A stretch of DNA of 64,000 nt from Eledone cirrhosa. Taxonomy: Eukaryota. Shown here piece after piece: positions 25,501 through 37,600 of the stretch (position 1 is its first letter; every line of letters starts with the position of its first letter). Position numbers and translations under genes: made by a program. The notes beneath the pieces were generated by a model, which made no database searches, was not told the origin of the DNA, and saw only the letters and a program-made list of their open reading frames with translations. The stretch lies in the NCBI GenBank assembly GCA_964016885.1, contig OZ024747.1:88722001-88786000 (forward strand), given 5' to 3'.

Positions 25501-26591
25501 AGACATAAGATAGAGAAAGCCACCTCATGGTACGACAACCAGAGATACCAGAGTGTCATGTTTGTGGACGCTACCCCTGGAGGGAAATTAGCTAACCAGT
25601 GTAGAGAGGCCCTGAGAAAGACCCACTTAAAGATTAAGGTGGTAGAAAAGCCAGGAACCACCAAAAAATCCATGATCAGCAAAACCTACTCTTTTAAGAA
25701 AACCCACTGTACTAATAGGAAATGTATCATATGTAAAGTAAACCCCCGGATAAACTGTAAAACTGGAAACGTAGTCTATAGCATAAGATGTACAGAGGGT
25801 ACTTGCAGAAACATTACAACAACATACATAGGCGAGACAGCTCGTAGCATAGGTGAAAGGATAGACCAACACTGGGGGGAACTAAAAGGACGAAAAAACG
25901 GTTCAGTACTATACGAACATGCCAGACAACAACACGACGGTAACATAGACAACATAGAAATTAGAATAATATCTAAACATAGAAATGACCCAGCAGATAG
26001 GAAAATCAGAGAGGCCAGCGAAATAGAACTTAGAAGGCCAAGGCTAAACAGAAAAAATGAATGGAATAACAACAACACCCAAACAAACAATACTGACCTA
26101 AGAGAAGTATAAATAAATAAATAAATAAATAAATAAATACACAAGCACAACAACAACAAACACATATAAACACACACTAGTAAACTAAGATAGAATACAA
26201 TAACCAATACACAGTCACCCAAACACGAACACACATCAAACACTATACACACACGCAAACGCATGCACAGAGAAGACAAAAAAAAAATAAATAAATAAAC
26301 AGACTAAATAAAGATGGCGTAGGCATACAATACAAGAGGAGGAAACATAAAAGCACCACTGACGATGTTGCAGATGTGCAACGAAAGAACTTTGTTAGAC
26401 TATATATATGTGTTTGTGTCTATATTATATCTGTATTTACCGCTAGTCAGTCAATGGTAACATTGAGGACCGAATAAATTAAATTAACCGATATAAAAGA
26501 CACAGAAGCGAAAACCAACCAAACAGTGAGTGTGTTCTGTTATTAATTCTGGCAATATTATTACACAAATATGACCGTCCCCAAGTATAAC
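22597..26591 (+). mobile_element. Penelope-like retroelement (RT + GIY-YIG), near full length, disrupted by stops and frameshifts, with an inverted 5' pLTR segment
   Basis: ORF pieces 23012-23725, 23976-24767, 24715-25266 and 25327-26112 carry PLE motifs: LPPKFA, DKPG (DKG-like), PPLYGLRKDHK, SVDVVSLYPSI, GAAIG..ANLFM, RYVDDI, LPVLD, a Cys-rich linker, and VVYSIRC...YIGETARSIGERIDQH...LNRKNEW. 22641-22745 is a near-perfect reverse complement of 26487-26591. Confidence 0.93.
26355..26396 (+). ncRNA. PLE family-A hammerhead motif in the 3' pLTR (copy at 20169-20210 -)
   Basis: acca-CTGACGA-t-gttgca gatg tgcaac-GAAA-gaac-TT-tgtt; stem II differs in sequence from family B but still pairs; stem I is weak. 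Confidence 0.65.
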
Positions 26592-26612
26592 TATATATAT
26601 ATATGTATATAC

Positions 26613-26697
<85 letters not shown>

Positions 26698-26716
26698 CAT
26701 ATATATATATACATAC

Positions 26717-26865
<149 letters not shown>

Positions 26866-26870
26866 TATAT

Positions 26871-26949
<79 letters not shown>

Positions 26950-27208
26950 CATACATATATACATTCTCACACACACACACACTCACACAGAGATATATAT
27001 ATATATATATATGCATACATCATCATCGTTTAACGTCTATTTTCCACGCTATCATGGGTTGTTGTCCTATTAGAGGCAAGTTAGGTCAGCTGACCGAATC
27101 TTGCTCGTGGGACTGTTTCTACTACTGAGTGTCAGGGAGACTCTTTTCAGTCTGGGGAGACGGTCATTACTAGACATTGAATCGAAAGTTAGCACGTTCC
27201 CATTCTGT

Positions 27209-27290
<82 letters not shown>

Positions 27291-28087
27291 ATATATATTT
27301 TTCATTTTCATTTTTCATTACTTTTTCATTAATTTTTCATTAATTTTTCATTTATTATTTATTATTATTTTCTGTTTTCTTCATTTTATTCCCTTCTATT
27401 TCTTCATATATATTGCAGAACCCCCACCACCACCACCACCACGAGAGATGTTGGCAGGAGGGATGGGGAAACACACACACAGATACTTCTAAATGTCAGC
27501 AGCAGCAAGACATAGGCTGACCACAACACCAACAACACTACCAAAATAAGGGTAGAGGTCAGATGTACTTTACAATAGCAAATACAAACACTACAGAAAG
27601 AATTTCTATAGACTTTTGACTGAGGAATGCTCTCAAAACTGACCAATGGGAAGAGTGACCTTACAAATCTGTTTAACATTGAGATGGGTATAACACACAC
27701 ACATTTTATTTGATTATTTTATTTTATTTTGTTCTTTTACCGTCTTATTCCTTCTAACACTTTATCATTTTTTTGAGCTGACTCCAACAACAACACCACT
27801 ACCAACATAAGAGTAGAGGTCAGATGTACCTAACAATAACAAGAACAGCCACTACAGATTGGCTTGCCTCAGAACGAATTTCTATAGACTTTCGACTGAG
27901 CAATGTTCTAACAACTGACCAATGAGAGGAGAAGAGGTCCTTTGACGCTGAAATTCGTTTGTTTAAATTCATTTGATTCCAGTTCCTCAGTGAAATAACA
28001 ACCCAACCAGGAACTAGACATATCAGAGTATTGACAAAGTTAAACACCTCAACAACATGTGTACTCGTCTCTACCACACTAATTCGG

Positions 28088-28142
28088 ACTGCCTGAAGAG
28101 GTCACAGCCAAAGATGGCTGTCACCGAAATATATATAGCAGT
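28088..28142 (+). ncRNA. Minimal type I hammerhead ribozyme motif
   Basis: actgc-CTGAAGA-ggtcacagcca aaga tggctgtcacc-GAAA-tatata-TA-gcagt, immediately followed by AATAAA. Confidence 0.85.
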
Positions 28143-28188
28143 AATAAACGAAGTCAAATTTTAAACATTTGACTTATTTATTTTATTT

Positions 28189-28230
<42 letters not shown>

Positions 28231-28234
<4 letters not shown>

Positions 28235-28851
28235 CGTTTCTGAATTTGTTTAGCAAGATTCTTTATCTGAAATCGTGTGTTGAAACCGATATTGTTATAC
28301 TTTGGGAGGGTCATGTTGCCAATAAGAAACACATGCACCAGTTGCTTTCACTTCAATTTATATTTATAAATTTATAAATTTACAAATCTACAAACTTATA
28401 AATTTCTGGTTGGTTGGTTGGTTCCACAACCAGATAGTTGTTTATATATAGTCATAGTCCTTTCGTCACACACTCTGTGACCTCTTCAGTGACTGGGGAT
28501 TCCTTTCTTTGTTTCTGTGCCTTTTCTTTCTTCTGTCCTACGCCATTTTGTTTCTGTGTGTGTGTTGTGTGCTCAGTTTGCGCATGCGCCACATCCGGGT
28601 GTCTGTGTGTGTTTGTGTTCATTTATCTATTTGTTTATTTATTTATTTATTGTTGGTTGGTTGTTTGTTCTATGTGTGTGTGTGTTTTCATTTTGTCCTT
28701 AATTGTAAGTTGTGATGTTGCTGTTCCACTCATATTTTCTATTTAATTTTGGTTGTAATTCTTTTATGCTTACTGCCTCTGTAATTTGCCTAAACATTGC
28801 ATCTTTTCTATGTGTGGATTCTATTTTGGCAACATGACCCTCCCAAAGTAT

Positions 28852-28857
<6 letters not shown>
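28231..28857 (-). mobile_element. PLE family-B 3' fragment (GIY-YIG tail + pLTR) with a short inverted terminal motif
   Basis: Minus strand encodes [34 protein letters not shown]; both ends carry the atgaccctcccaaagtataacaat motif in opposite orientation; flanked by (TA)n. Confidence 0.85.
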
Positions 28858-28941
<84 letters not shown>

Positions 28942-28949
28942 ATACATAT

Positions 28950-29031
<82 letters not shown>

Positions 29032-29098
29032 CCTGACGAAAGACTATTTTTATCATATGTAACCCATGTGCAACCACGCAGTATTCTTCTTTCTTCTC

Positions 29099-29157
<59 letters not shown>

Positions 29158-29159
<2 letters not shown>

Positions 29160-29190
29160 TAGCAGAGGTACCCGGCGTTGCTCGGATATT
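29158..29190 (-). mobile_element. Helitron-type 3' terminus (hairpin + CTAG)
   Basis: Minus strand ccgagcaacgccgggtacctctgCTAG|T, same motif as 7813-7842. Confidence 0.6.
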
Positions 29191-29617
29191 AAATAGCAGT
29201 TGTGTATACCATTTATGTCAATACTTCAGTGCTGCTTCGAAAAGTATACTTTTACAAAATCATCAGCTATTTCCAAAAGGGGGTTCCTGCCTCCCCAGGG
29301 GTCCCCTACTTAATATGTGCCAATTCTGAGAGTTCACATTCATCTGTAGGTCAAACGTAGCCCATGTGTCAAGTTTTGTGAAAATCGGTTGCGAACCCCA
29401 GAAGTTATGATGTTTTGTTGCATTGCCCTGCAGTGCTTCAGTCGACTCCAAGGAAGTGGTTAAAGTGGTTAAAGGGGTTATCTGCCGGGGGGCCCTATAA
29501 TCAATATCTGGAAAAATGACAGTGCCCATGACCATCCGGAGTACATAAGTAACCTATGTCTTAAGTTTGGTGAAAATACTGTAGAAATGCATAAGATTTA
29601 TACATACGCGCGTGCGT

Positions 29618-29653
<36 letters not shown>

Positions 29654-30756
29654 TTGTGTGTGGGGGGGTATGTATTTGTGTGTGCGTATGTGTGTGGGGG
29701 GGGGGGTATGTATTTGTGTGTGCGTATGTATGTGTATGTCCGTCGGGGCATACGTATGTACTGGCCTAAATCTTTACTATTTACTTTTACTATTTTAATA
29801 ACCTCTGTCATTTTCGTTTTCAATTTTATTTACATCATTCAACTCCGGGGCTGGAAATCATTTTGTTATTTTAAATAGAATATTAGTCTAACGACTCCAT
29901 TTATACCATAAACTTGGTCTTGTCTTTGCATGAAATTATTCTTCACTAACCCCAGTATTAGAACAGGGGGTTCGCAATGTAAGGGTTTTATTTCTTTTGT
30001 TAGAAAACAGTGACCTTTTTCGGTTTGGCATTTCGTAAGATTCTACTGCAGAATCGATTTCATAAAACAGTACTGTATGATCGTTATAGAATTATTTAAA
30101 TTTAATATAGAGCAATTGTATTTTAAAAATGAAAATGAAACGTACTGTAGTAGCCAAAAGTTTATTAACAGCGAAATAAAGTTGTCTTTGATATGTTATT
30201 TTAAATAAGACAATGAATCGAAAACTACTACTTACTGTTAGTGGTGGCTAACATGTATTAGAAATAAAATGAAAATGATATCTGAAAACACGTACTTGAG
30301 AACATGACTCCCATCTTCGCATTTTAAGGGTTTTATATCTTTTGATGGAAAACAGTGACCGTTTTCGGATTGGCATTTCGTAAAATGGTACTGTATGTTA
30401 ACAGCGAAAGAAAGCTGCGAAAGCACGCAGTATTAGAACAGGGGGAAATAACTCGCCGAACGCGATAGTTTTGGGGCCCCAGGGACCACATTTTTCAAGT
30501 TAGAGATTTGCTTCCTTGGCACTTTTTACATAGGTGTGTAAATTTTCATGAGAGTCCGACCACGTCTACTACCATTTAACCGTGCACATTTGAATTTCAA
30601 CCACAGCCCATTTCACAAATATATATTAGATATATATATATCAGGCCGGGTGGAACGGGAGGGAAGGGGCCATCTCTCCCCAATAATCATATTTTTCTCC
30701 CAAAACTACCAAAACACATCTATTTGTACATGCGCTACAATTTTTGTACATGTTAC

Positions 30757-30925
30757 GTTTGGTGAAGTTCGGCCGCTGACAGCGAAGTTCTTGTCATCAC
30801 TGGCGGTTCACCTCACTGAGGTATCAGGTGAGGCCCGTGGGGGTGCTTGGTTTCAGCGTCTTAGCCTCGCCATCACCCGTGGCAATGCTACGAGCGTGTT
30901 GACTTGCCTCAAAGTGTTTAGTTAA
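30757..30925 (+). mobile_element. C-terminal fragment of a CRE/RLE-type non-LTR retrotransposon
   Basis: TFG...A.FL..LA..L....G..R...FQRLSLAITRGNATSVL resembles the conserved CRE-clade C-terminus, recalled from memory. Confidence 0.65.
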
Positions 30926-31175
30926 ATCCCTAAGATGTGATGTACGGCCAATTGTCTCACTTGGTGGTGAATTGTCATTCCCCCTTTTTTACCTTTATGA
31001 TATGAGTTATACAAATGAGTTATTCAATAAGTTATACAAATGTTATTTTTATAATAAAATTATATATTTGCTTTAGTTCTTGAAAAAGGTCACCCCGAAC
31101 AGAAAATTCGATTTTACCATATTCCCCATAAAGGAAAAAAATTAAAATATTTCAGATGCTTTATTTTATAAAATA

Positions 31176-31204
31176 CTCGGGCACTGACGGGTATCTCTAC
31201 TAGT
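31176..31204 (+). mobile_element. Helitron-type 3' terminus just upstream of SDHA
   Basis: ctcgggcactgacgggtatctctaCTAG|T. Confidence 0.5.
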
Positions 31205-31309
31205 AAAATATAAAGAATCAGTCGGCTTCTTCCTAAGAAAATAGCAATGATTTGCTTTCATATTTCTGTGCATCCTTAGATAACGAGAGTAAATTGTAAA
31301 TTGCTTCTT

Positions 31310-31320
31310 TGCGCATGCGT
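31310..31320 (+). promoter_or_regulatory. NRF-1/EWG-like binding site in the SDHA proximal promoter or 5'UTR
   Basis: TGCGCATGCGT ending 25 nt upstream of the ATG; matches the first 10 positions of the NRF-1 palindromic consensus YGCGCAYGCGCR in an otherwise CpG-poor context. Confidence 0.55.
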
Positions 31321-31344
31321 CAAACTTTATTTCGTTTGCCCGAC

Positions 31345-31404
31345 ATGGCGTCTGTTCTGCAGCTTACCTCTCTGCGGACATGCAACCTTTTATTGAAACA
31401 ATTG
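31345..31404 (+). CDS. SDHA: SDHA exon 1 ([20 protein letters not shown], start of mitochondrial presequence)
   Basis: gacATGGcg start context, TTG|gtaaga donor, phase 0 matching exon 2; no acidic residues, as expected for a presequence. Confidence 0.8.
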
Positions 31405-31610
31405 GTAAGAAACATAGAAGTCATATTTGTATTTTAATATTGTAGTTTTGTACTCTTTCTTTTGCTGTCCTTTTATAATCTTTTGGTATTGCAACTACGA
31501 AGAAAGAGTTGTGATTTTGATGAAGTGCTGGAGCGCGACCTGTCAATAACATCTTTCGTCTGATATTGTTATATTTTGATATAACTTAGGTTTATAAGTG
31601 CTTACGTAAG

Positions 31611-31649
<39 letters not shown>

Positions 31650-34600
31650 GAATAACTATATCGAAAGATAGATCAACAAAAGGTTATAACGTACCAAGCT
31701 TTATATAATTACACAACAACATGAAAGCAAGTCGACCTTCGTTTTAGAACATGGCACACATAACGATGATACAAAGTTTAAACATCTAATAAGTTAACAT
31801 ATCATCTTTTATGCTAGCTTGGTCACAGTTTTCAAATTTAAATACAAAACTGTAAATATTACTGGAGAACAGGTTGAAAGTAGTTCTGTGACCATCATGC
31901 CTTCTGAAGGTTATATAAATGAATCCGTTAATCGGCTTTTCCTAGGAACTTACTCTCAGGTCTTGAATAATCATCCCGTCACCACGCTTATTAATTTTTT
32001 TTATTAATCTATCTCCGGCGAAATTTTATTGTAAGCGATTTATATTGATACAGCAGATGGAGAATTTAATAATTTTATTTTACATAAAAAACAACAACAA
32101 CAACAAACATTATATATCCCCCCCCCCCCTAAACCATTACAAGAATTCCTATATTTACGAATGTACACTGTACAATTGCTGGTTCCCCTCGCCCGTTTAT
32201 TTCACCCCCCCCCCCCCCCCCCATTATTTGGGGCTCGAGAGTAGTCTCCCTTGTACTTTACATTCTATTTTATAAGTTCTTACAATTGTGATATTCAGTC
32301 GCATCCCAAAGGCATCACAAAATTACATTTCGATGTTTATATCTCGGTTTTCGATTTTCCGTATGAAAATTTCCCTTTTAATCTGAAGCCCTCAATAGGA
32401 TTATGCCTAAAAATTACTTTTTTTTTTACTTAAATGTGATATTAGATAATCACACAGGAGAGTTTCAATATTGATATTTATGATTTACTGAGTGTTGGTA
32501 AAATTAGTAGTTAACCCCACGGGAAAATATCGGTGTTAATAAAATTCCTTATTATACCAAGGAAAAAGTGGGAAAGAGGGAACAAACGTCTACTTGCACT
32601 TGTCCCCCAAAAATGTATACATACTTTGATTACCTCTACAGCAATATTTATTAGAATACTTTTGGAGTGTGTGTATACATTTTTGGGGAACATCCTGTAT
32701 TTCCTAATATTAAGAGTTGTGTAACCAATTAATTAGGAATCAGTCTATTCATTACTCCATAAAAAATAAACGCAACCATGCCTCTCCTGGTCTTGATGGT
32801 GTTACGTACCTGCTTCTTAAACGTGGTGTGTACTTCCTTCTGCACCAGTTATCACGCTTCTTCCAATTCTGTCTGAACAACAGTGCTACTCCAGAACAGT
32901 GGAAACCTGCCAGTGTCATTCCTCTGTTCAAAAAGGGTGACCGCACATCACCTGTGAACTATCGTCCAGTCAATCTTACTAGTTGCATCACCAAACTGAT
33001 GGAATCCTGTGTCAGAGAAACACTTTGGAACTTCTGGAGCTCTCACAGTCTTATCCAGCCCTCGCAATTTGGATTTATCCCCAACTCCAGCTGCTGTGAT
33101 CAACTTATAGAGTTTCTTGAGGACATCACCCTCCATCAGGCATCTACCATACTCTGAGCGCCTTGCTCCGACGCCTGGCAGCTGACTTGGTAAACACCCA
33201 CAAAATTGTTAACCATGTTGCCAACAACAACCCTGAGTACCTTTTTGATTTCCATGTGTCTAACACACGTGGACATGCCCACAAAGTCAGAAAACAGCAC
33301 AGTTCCCATGACTTTCGGAAACACTTTTTCACGCTCAGAGTTGCTGAAGCATGGAACAAACTACCTTCATCAGTTGTTAGCTGTCGAGACACTGCATCCT
33401 TTAAGGTCTCCATGCTTCCCGAGTCCGCTAACACTACAGCTAATGTTCCCCCTCCATACACATACACACATGTATACCATGACACTGTTCACTTCCCTGA
33501 CATTTGTGTATTATTCTATGTACTGGCCTTGTGCCTAAAGTAGAAACAATTATTCTATGTACTATACATACACCTTTGACGAGTTGTAGTGCACCTGAGC
33601 ACTTTACACAATAATTTCATTATTATTATTATAATCCCCTTCCCCTTCACGAATTTAAAAGAAACGTCGCTTACTTCCCCAGCTCCAATTATATGCGGAT
33701 ATTTAACTCCGTCTGTTGTTTGTACTATATAAAACTAGTTTATGTAACACCTCTCATCTTTGACTAGTAGGCTGAATGTCATGTTTAATTTTACAATTTC
33801 TTTTGCTAACAGCAAAATTCAACAACTGCAACTGACTAGTCATTTTATTGAGGTTTTGTGCCCAATTTATGGCACAAAATGTTTAAGGACTATAATTAAC
33901 AATTTGTTCTATAACATTTTAATGACACCATATTCCCTCTTTCTCTCGAGCATAAAGAAAAATTGAGACGAGACAAAGTGGTAATATAAAAGAAAGATAT
34001 ATTAAAAATAAAATTGTTAAAGATCCATCCCAATATTAAGAGCTCCCCAATTAATTGGAAGTTCATTACTATATTATTTGCTCCTTAGAAAACTCTTCAT
34101 AAAAATGAATTGTTTTCTTTTCACTTGAATATACGTGGATAGTTGTTTGTGTTATATGAACGTGTTACGTAAGATTTTTTACCTTCACTAATTTTACATT
34201 TGGCAGGTTTAATTATTTATTTAATTCAACTATAAATTATTTGCTTACTATTATATAATGGGGGGGGGGGGAGACATGCTACTTTGTCTCGCAACACGTG
34301 CTTGTTTATTATATTCCATTTCTTTAAATTTAAAGTTCTTGAACGTTTTGGGCACTCTGTAAAATAGAGCCATAAGGCATATCCTAAATAATGTGGGAAA
34401 TGTTTCTAGCAACGAAATGAATATAGTAACATTTTCACAGATTTTCTGAACCTACACTCAAACCCCCCTCCCCCCCAAATGTTTTTGTTTTTATATTCTT
34501 TTCAAATATTTATTTTTATTCCTTCATTGGAAACACAGGAGATTGCGATTCTGTAAAAGAAAAATTTCCTTAAATATTATTTAGTTAGGTTTGAGGTTAA

Positions 34601-37600
34601 GAAGCATAGTCTTTTTCAGATGTCCGAATTGCTGTTCGTGTATTACACATCCATTGGAGCATGCAAGCTTCATTTCTTTTCAATCTTCATAGCTTCCCTG
34701 CACACAGCGCCCAGATCTCATTACCATGCAGCATGGCTGTTCGTATACATGCATCAGACTTTCATGGAAAAGCATGAATGAATTCAGAGAGAAACTGGGC
34801 ATAAAAAGGGTTTTCATGGCACCATTTTCATGGCACCAGCCCCAAGGAGACTGTCAATGTCTCTGACACAACTGAAGAGCCCTTTCGACCATTTGATAAA
34901 TTTTCTATGGGTGGATACTCTTTGTATCACCAACTACTTTACAATGTGTAATATGAGAAAACCTTACCTAAGCCATCTGCTAATGATATGCTTTAATTTT
35001 TGGTTGTCTTGATTTCTCTGTATGTTTTATTGTTTTTATTGAGCAATCTGTTTTGTGATTTTAGGTGACTCCCTCCATATCTTCAGTATCTCAAAGCCGT
35101 GATTTTCACTTTAGGATCCATGGCCGTAACACTGATGCTAAACACTCTGCATCAGCTCAAGTGAGTTTTTTTTTTCTGTTCTTTTATACTTTTTGTTAAA
35201 TTTTTATTTCTTTGCTCCCTAATTTGACTGAGGTGCCTTAAAACATCTTAAAAAAGGAAAGGCCCATTAGACAATATCTTCATCATCATTGTTTTTATGA
35301 GTAATATTCTATGGCTGAATGCCCTTCCTGATGCCAACATTTCCTTTCTTTTTTAAAGTAAGCTGCTCATTTTTGCATGTAGAACTGTTGAGCTGTGGTA
35401 CATATGTGGAGCATAAAGAAATGTCACTGGCTGCCCAGTGTCACACAGAGGCAGTCACATGCATATACATATGTATACATGACAGGCTTCAGTGCAGTAT
35501 CTATCTTCCAATTTTACTCATCTTTTCACAAGCTGGATGATCAGTTATTGATTACTGAACAGATCTGATGGCAGATGTTTATGTGCATGTGTCATGTCGC
35601 CTGTGTGCGTGTATCGCATTATTGCGTCACCTATGTGTGTATGTATGTGTATTTAGTAGATGTAGAATGTGCTTTGTTGCTGTTTACCAAAGACCATTAT
35701 GTATGGTAAGAGTAGATAAATGAAGTAAAGGAAATACTATTCAATCCTTACTTGAAATGAATGTAACTTTTTTTTTTATATTTTCTCTTCAGATAAGCCG
35801 TGACTATCCAGTCATTGATCACACATATGATGCTGTTGTCGTAGGTGCAGGTGGCTCAGGACTGAGAGCTGCCTTTGGTTTGGCCAATGAAGGTTTCAAA
35901 ACAGCATGTATCACTAAACTGTTTCCAACTCGTTCCCACACTGTAGCAGCTCAGGTGAGTTCTGTTTGAAATTATTGACATTTCCTTAGTGTTTTTAATA
36001 AATTTATTGAAAAAATTTGACCATAAGACAAAATGCAGAATAAATAATACAGATGGTTTTATTATTCTATTATATTCCCAGGATATAGTGATAGCTTGGC
36101 CCTTTAGCATTTAAACCGGTTGTATCTGACCAGAATTCTCTTACCTCTTTCTGTTCAAATTGGCTGTAACCGGCTGCTCATACTGATGTTAAGGTATTGT
36201 TCTCAAAATAAATATCAAAATATCATATTCATTATCATATGATTTAAAGCCTTTACCATGAAAATATAGTAGTATTTATAGAGTAATGTAAATGCTAAAG
36301 GGTTGGCAAAGGATGGGCCAACCATAAATCATTGACTCAAAAAATAAACTCATGATAAGTATGAAATCTGTTATAGGACACCACAGAGATAATCTCTGTT
36401 TTAAAAGAATAAATGGCACTTGTATATTTACAGAATGGTAAAATACTTATTTTTTACCTACTGAAAGATTAATTTCATTGTGGCAACCCTAGATCTCTAT
36501 GGAAGCCAGTGAAATGGGCTTTAGAGGTAGATTCAAATGAGGTTTCTAGTGATTAAGATAACCCAGGGGTCATGGTTTCTACCTCTTTTGACTCCACCAC
36601 CATCAGAGCCTTTCTTTCTCTAAGCCAGGTACTTATCAGTTTATTGAAATGATACAATTTTATCATTTTAAACTCCAACCCAAATGATAATTATATTGTG
36701 TTGAAAATAACAATGCCCATACAATGACCGAAGTTACACAATATTGGGCCTTGTCAATACCGAGCTGTGTGACAATTTAGTAAACCCAATCGTTGATATG
36801 GGTGCAGTTATGATTGTGGTTAAGAAGCTTGCTTTGCATTCCTGTAGATCTGGGTTTGATCCTATTTGAGCTAGTATCATTCACTATAGCTTTGGTTCAA
36901 AACAAGTCATGTGAGTGAAATTTAGATGAAAACTTTGCAGAAAAGCCTGTTTATGTACCTAGATGCTTCTTTTAGGAAAGTTCACTCTTTGGCAAGTATT
37001 TGGACCATATCTGAGGGTAACTTGAGGGTTCTTTTTAAAAACCCATTCTAGTTCTATGAAACTAAACCATCCATTTTAAAGGGTTCCTATTTAAATTAAA
37101 ATCTTTCAATTTGACATAAGAACCAGATACTATCTTAATAATGAAATAATTTAGTAAATCACTCCAAATTCTTCATTAATTGAAATACAAGGTTTTTCAT
37201 TATAAATATTGTAACATTAGTTGAGATTTCTTCCTCTCCTCTATCCTCTCTTTCCAGCAACAGTTATGGGCATAGCACTTCCTTCTTTGACTCTGTTATA
37301 AAATAAAACAGAAAAGAGGTTTTAAAATATTGTTTATAGTGATGATGAATGTGATACTGAGAAAAAAAGGTGCTAGGATCTAAAAACTATCAATAATATT
37401 TTATTGAATAAAAGGTTGTTTGTTAATTATTCATATTGTAAGGTGGTAGTGTTGGTGCTATGACGAAAAGCACCCAATCCACCTTGTAAGGTGGTAGTGC
37501 TGGTGCTATGATGAAAAGTACCCAGTCTACCTTGTAAGGTGGTAGTGAAGGTGTTATGATGAAAAGTACCCAGTCCACTTTGTAAGGTCATAGTGCCGGA

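Noticed and set aside
31205-31344. Iron-responsive element in the SDHA 5' region, by analogy with Drosophila SdhB
   Set aside because: No CAGUGN loop on a C-bulged stem was seen
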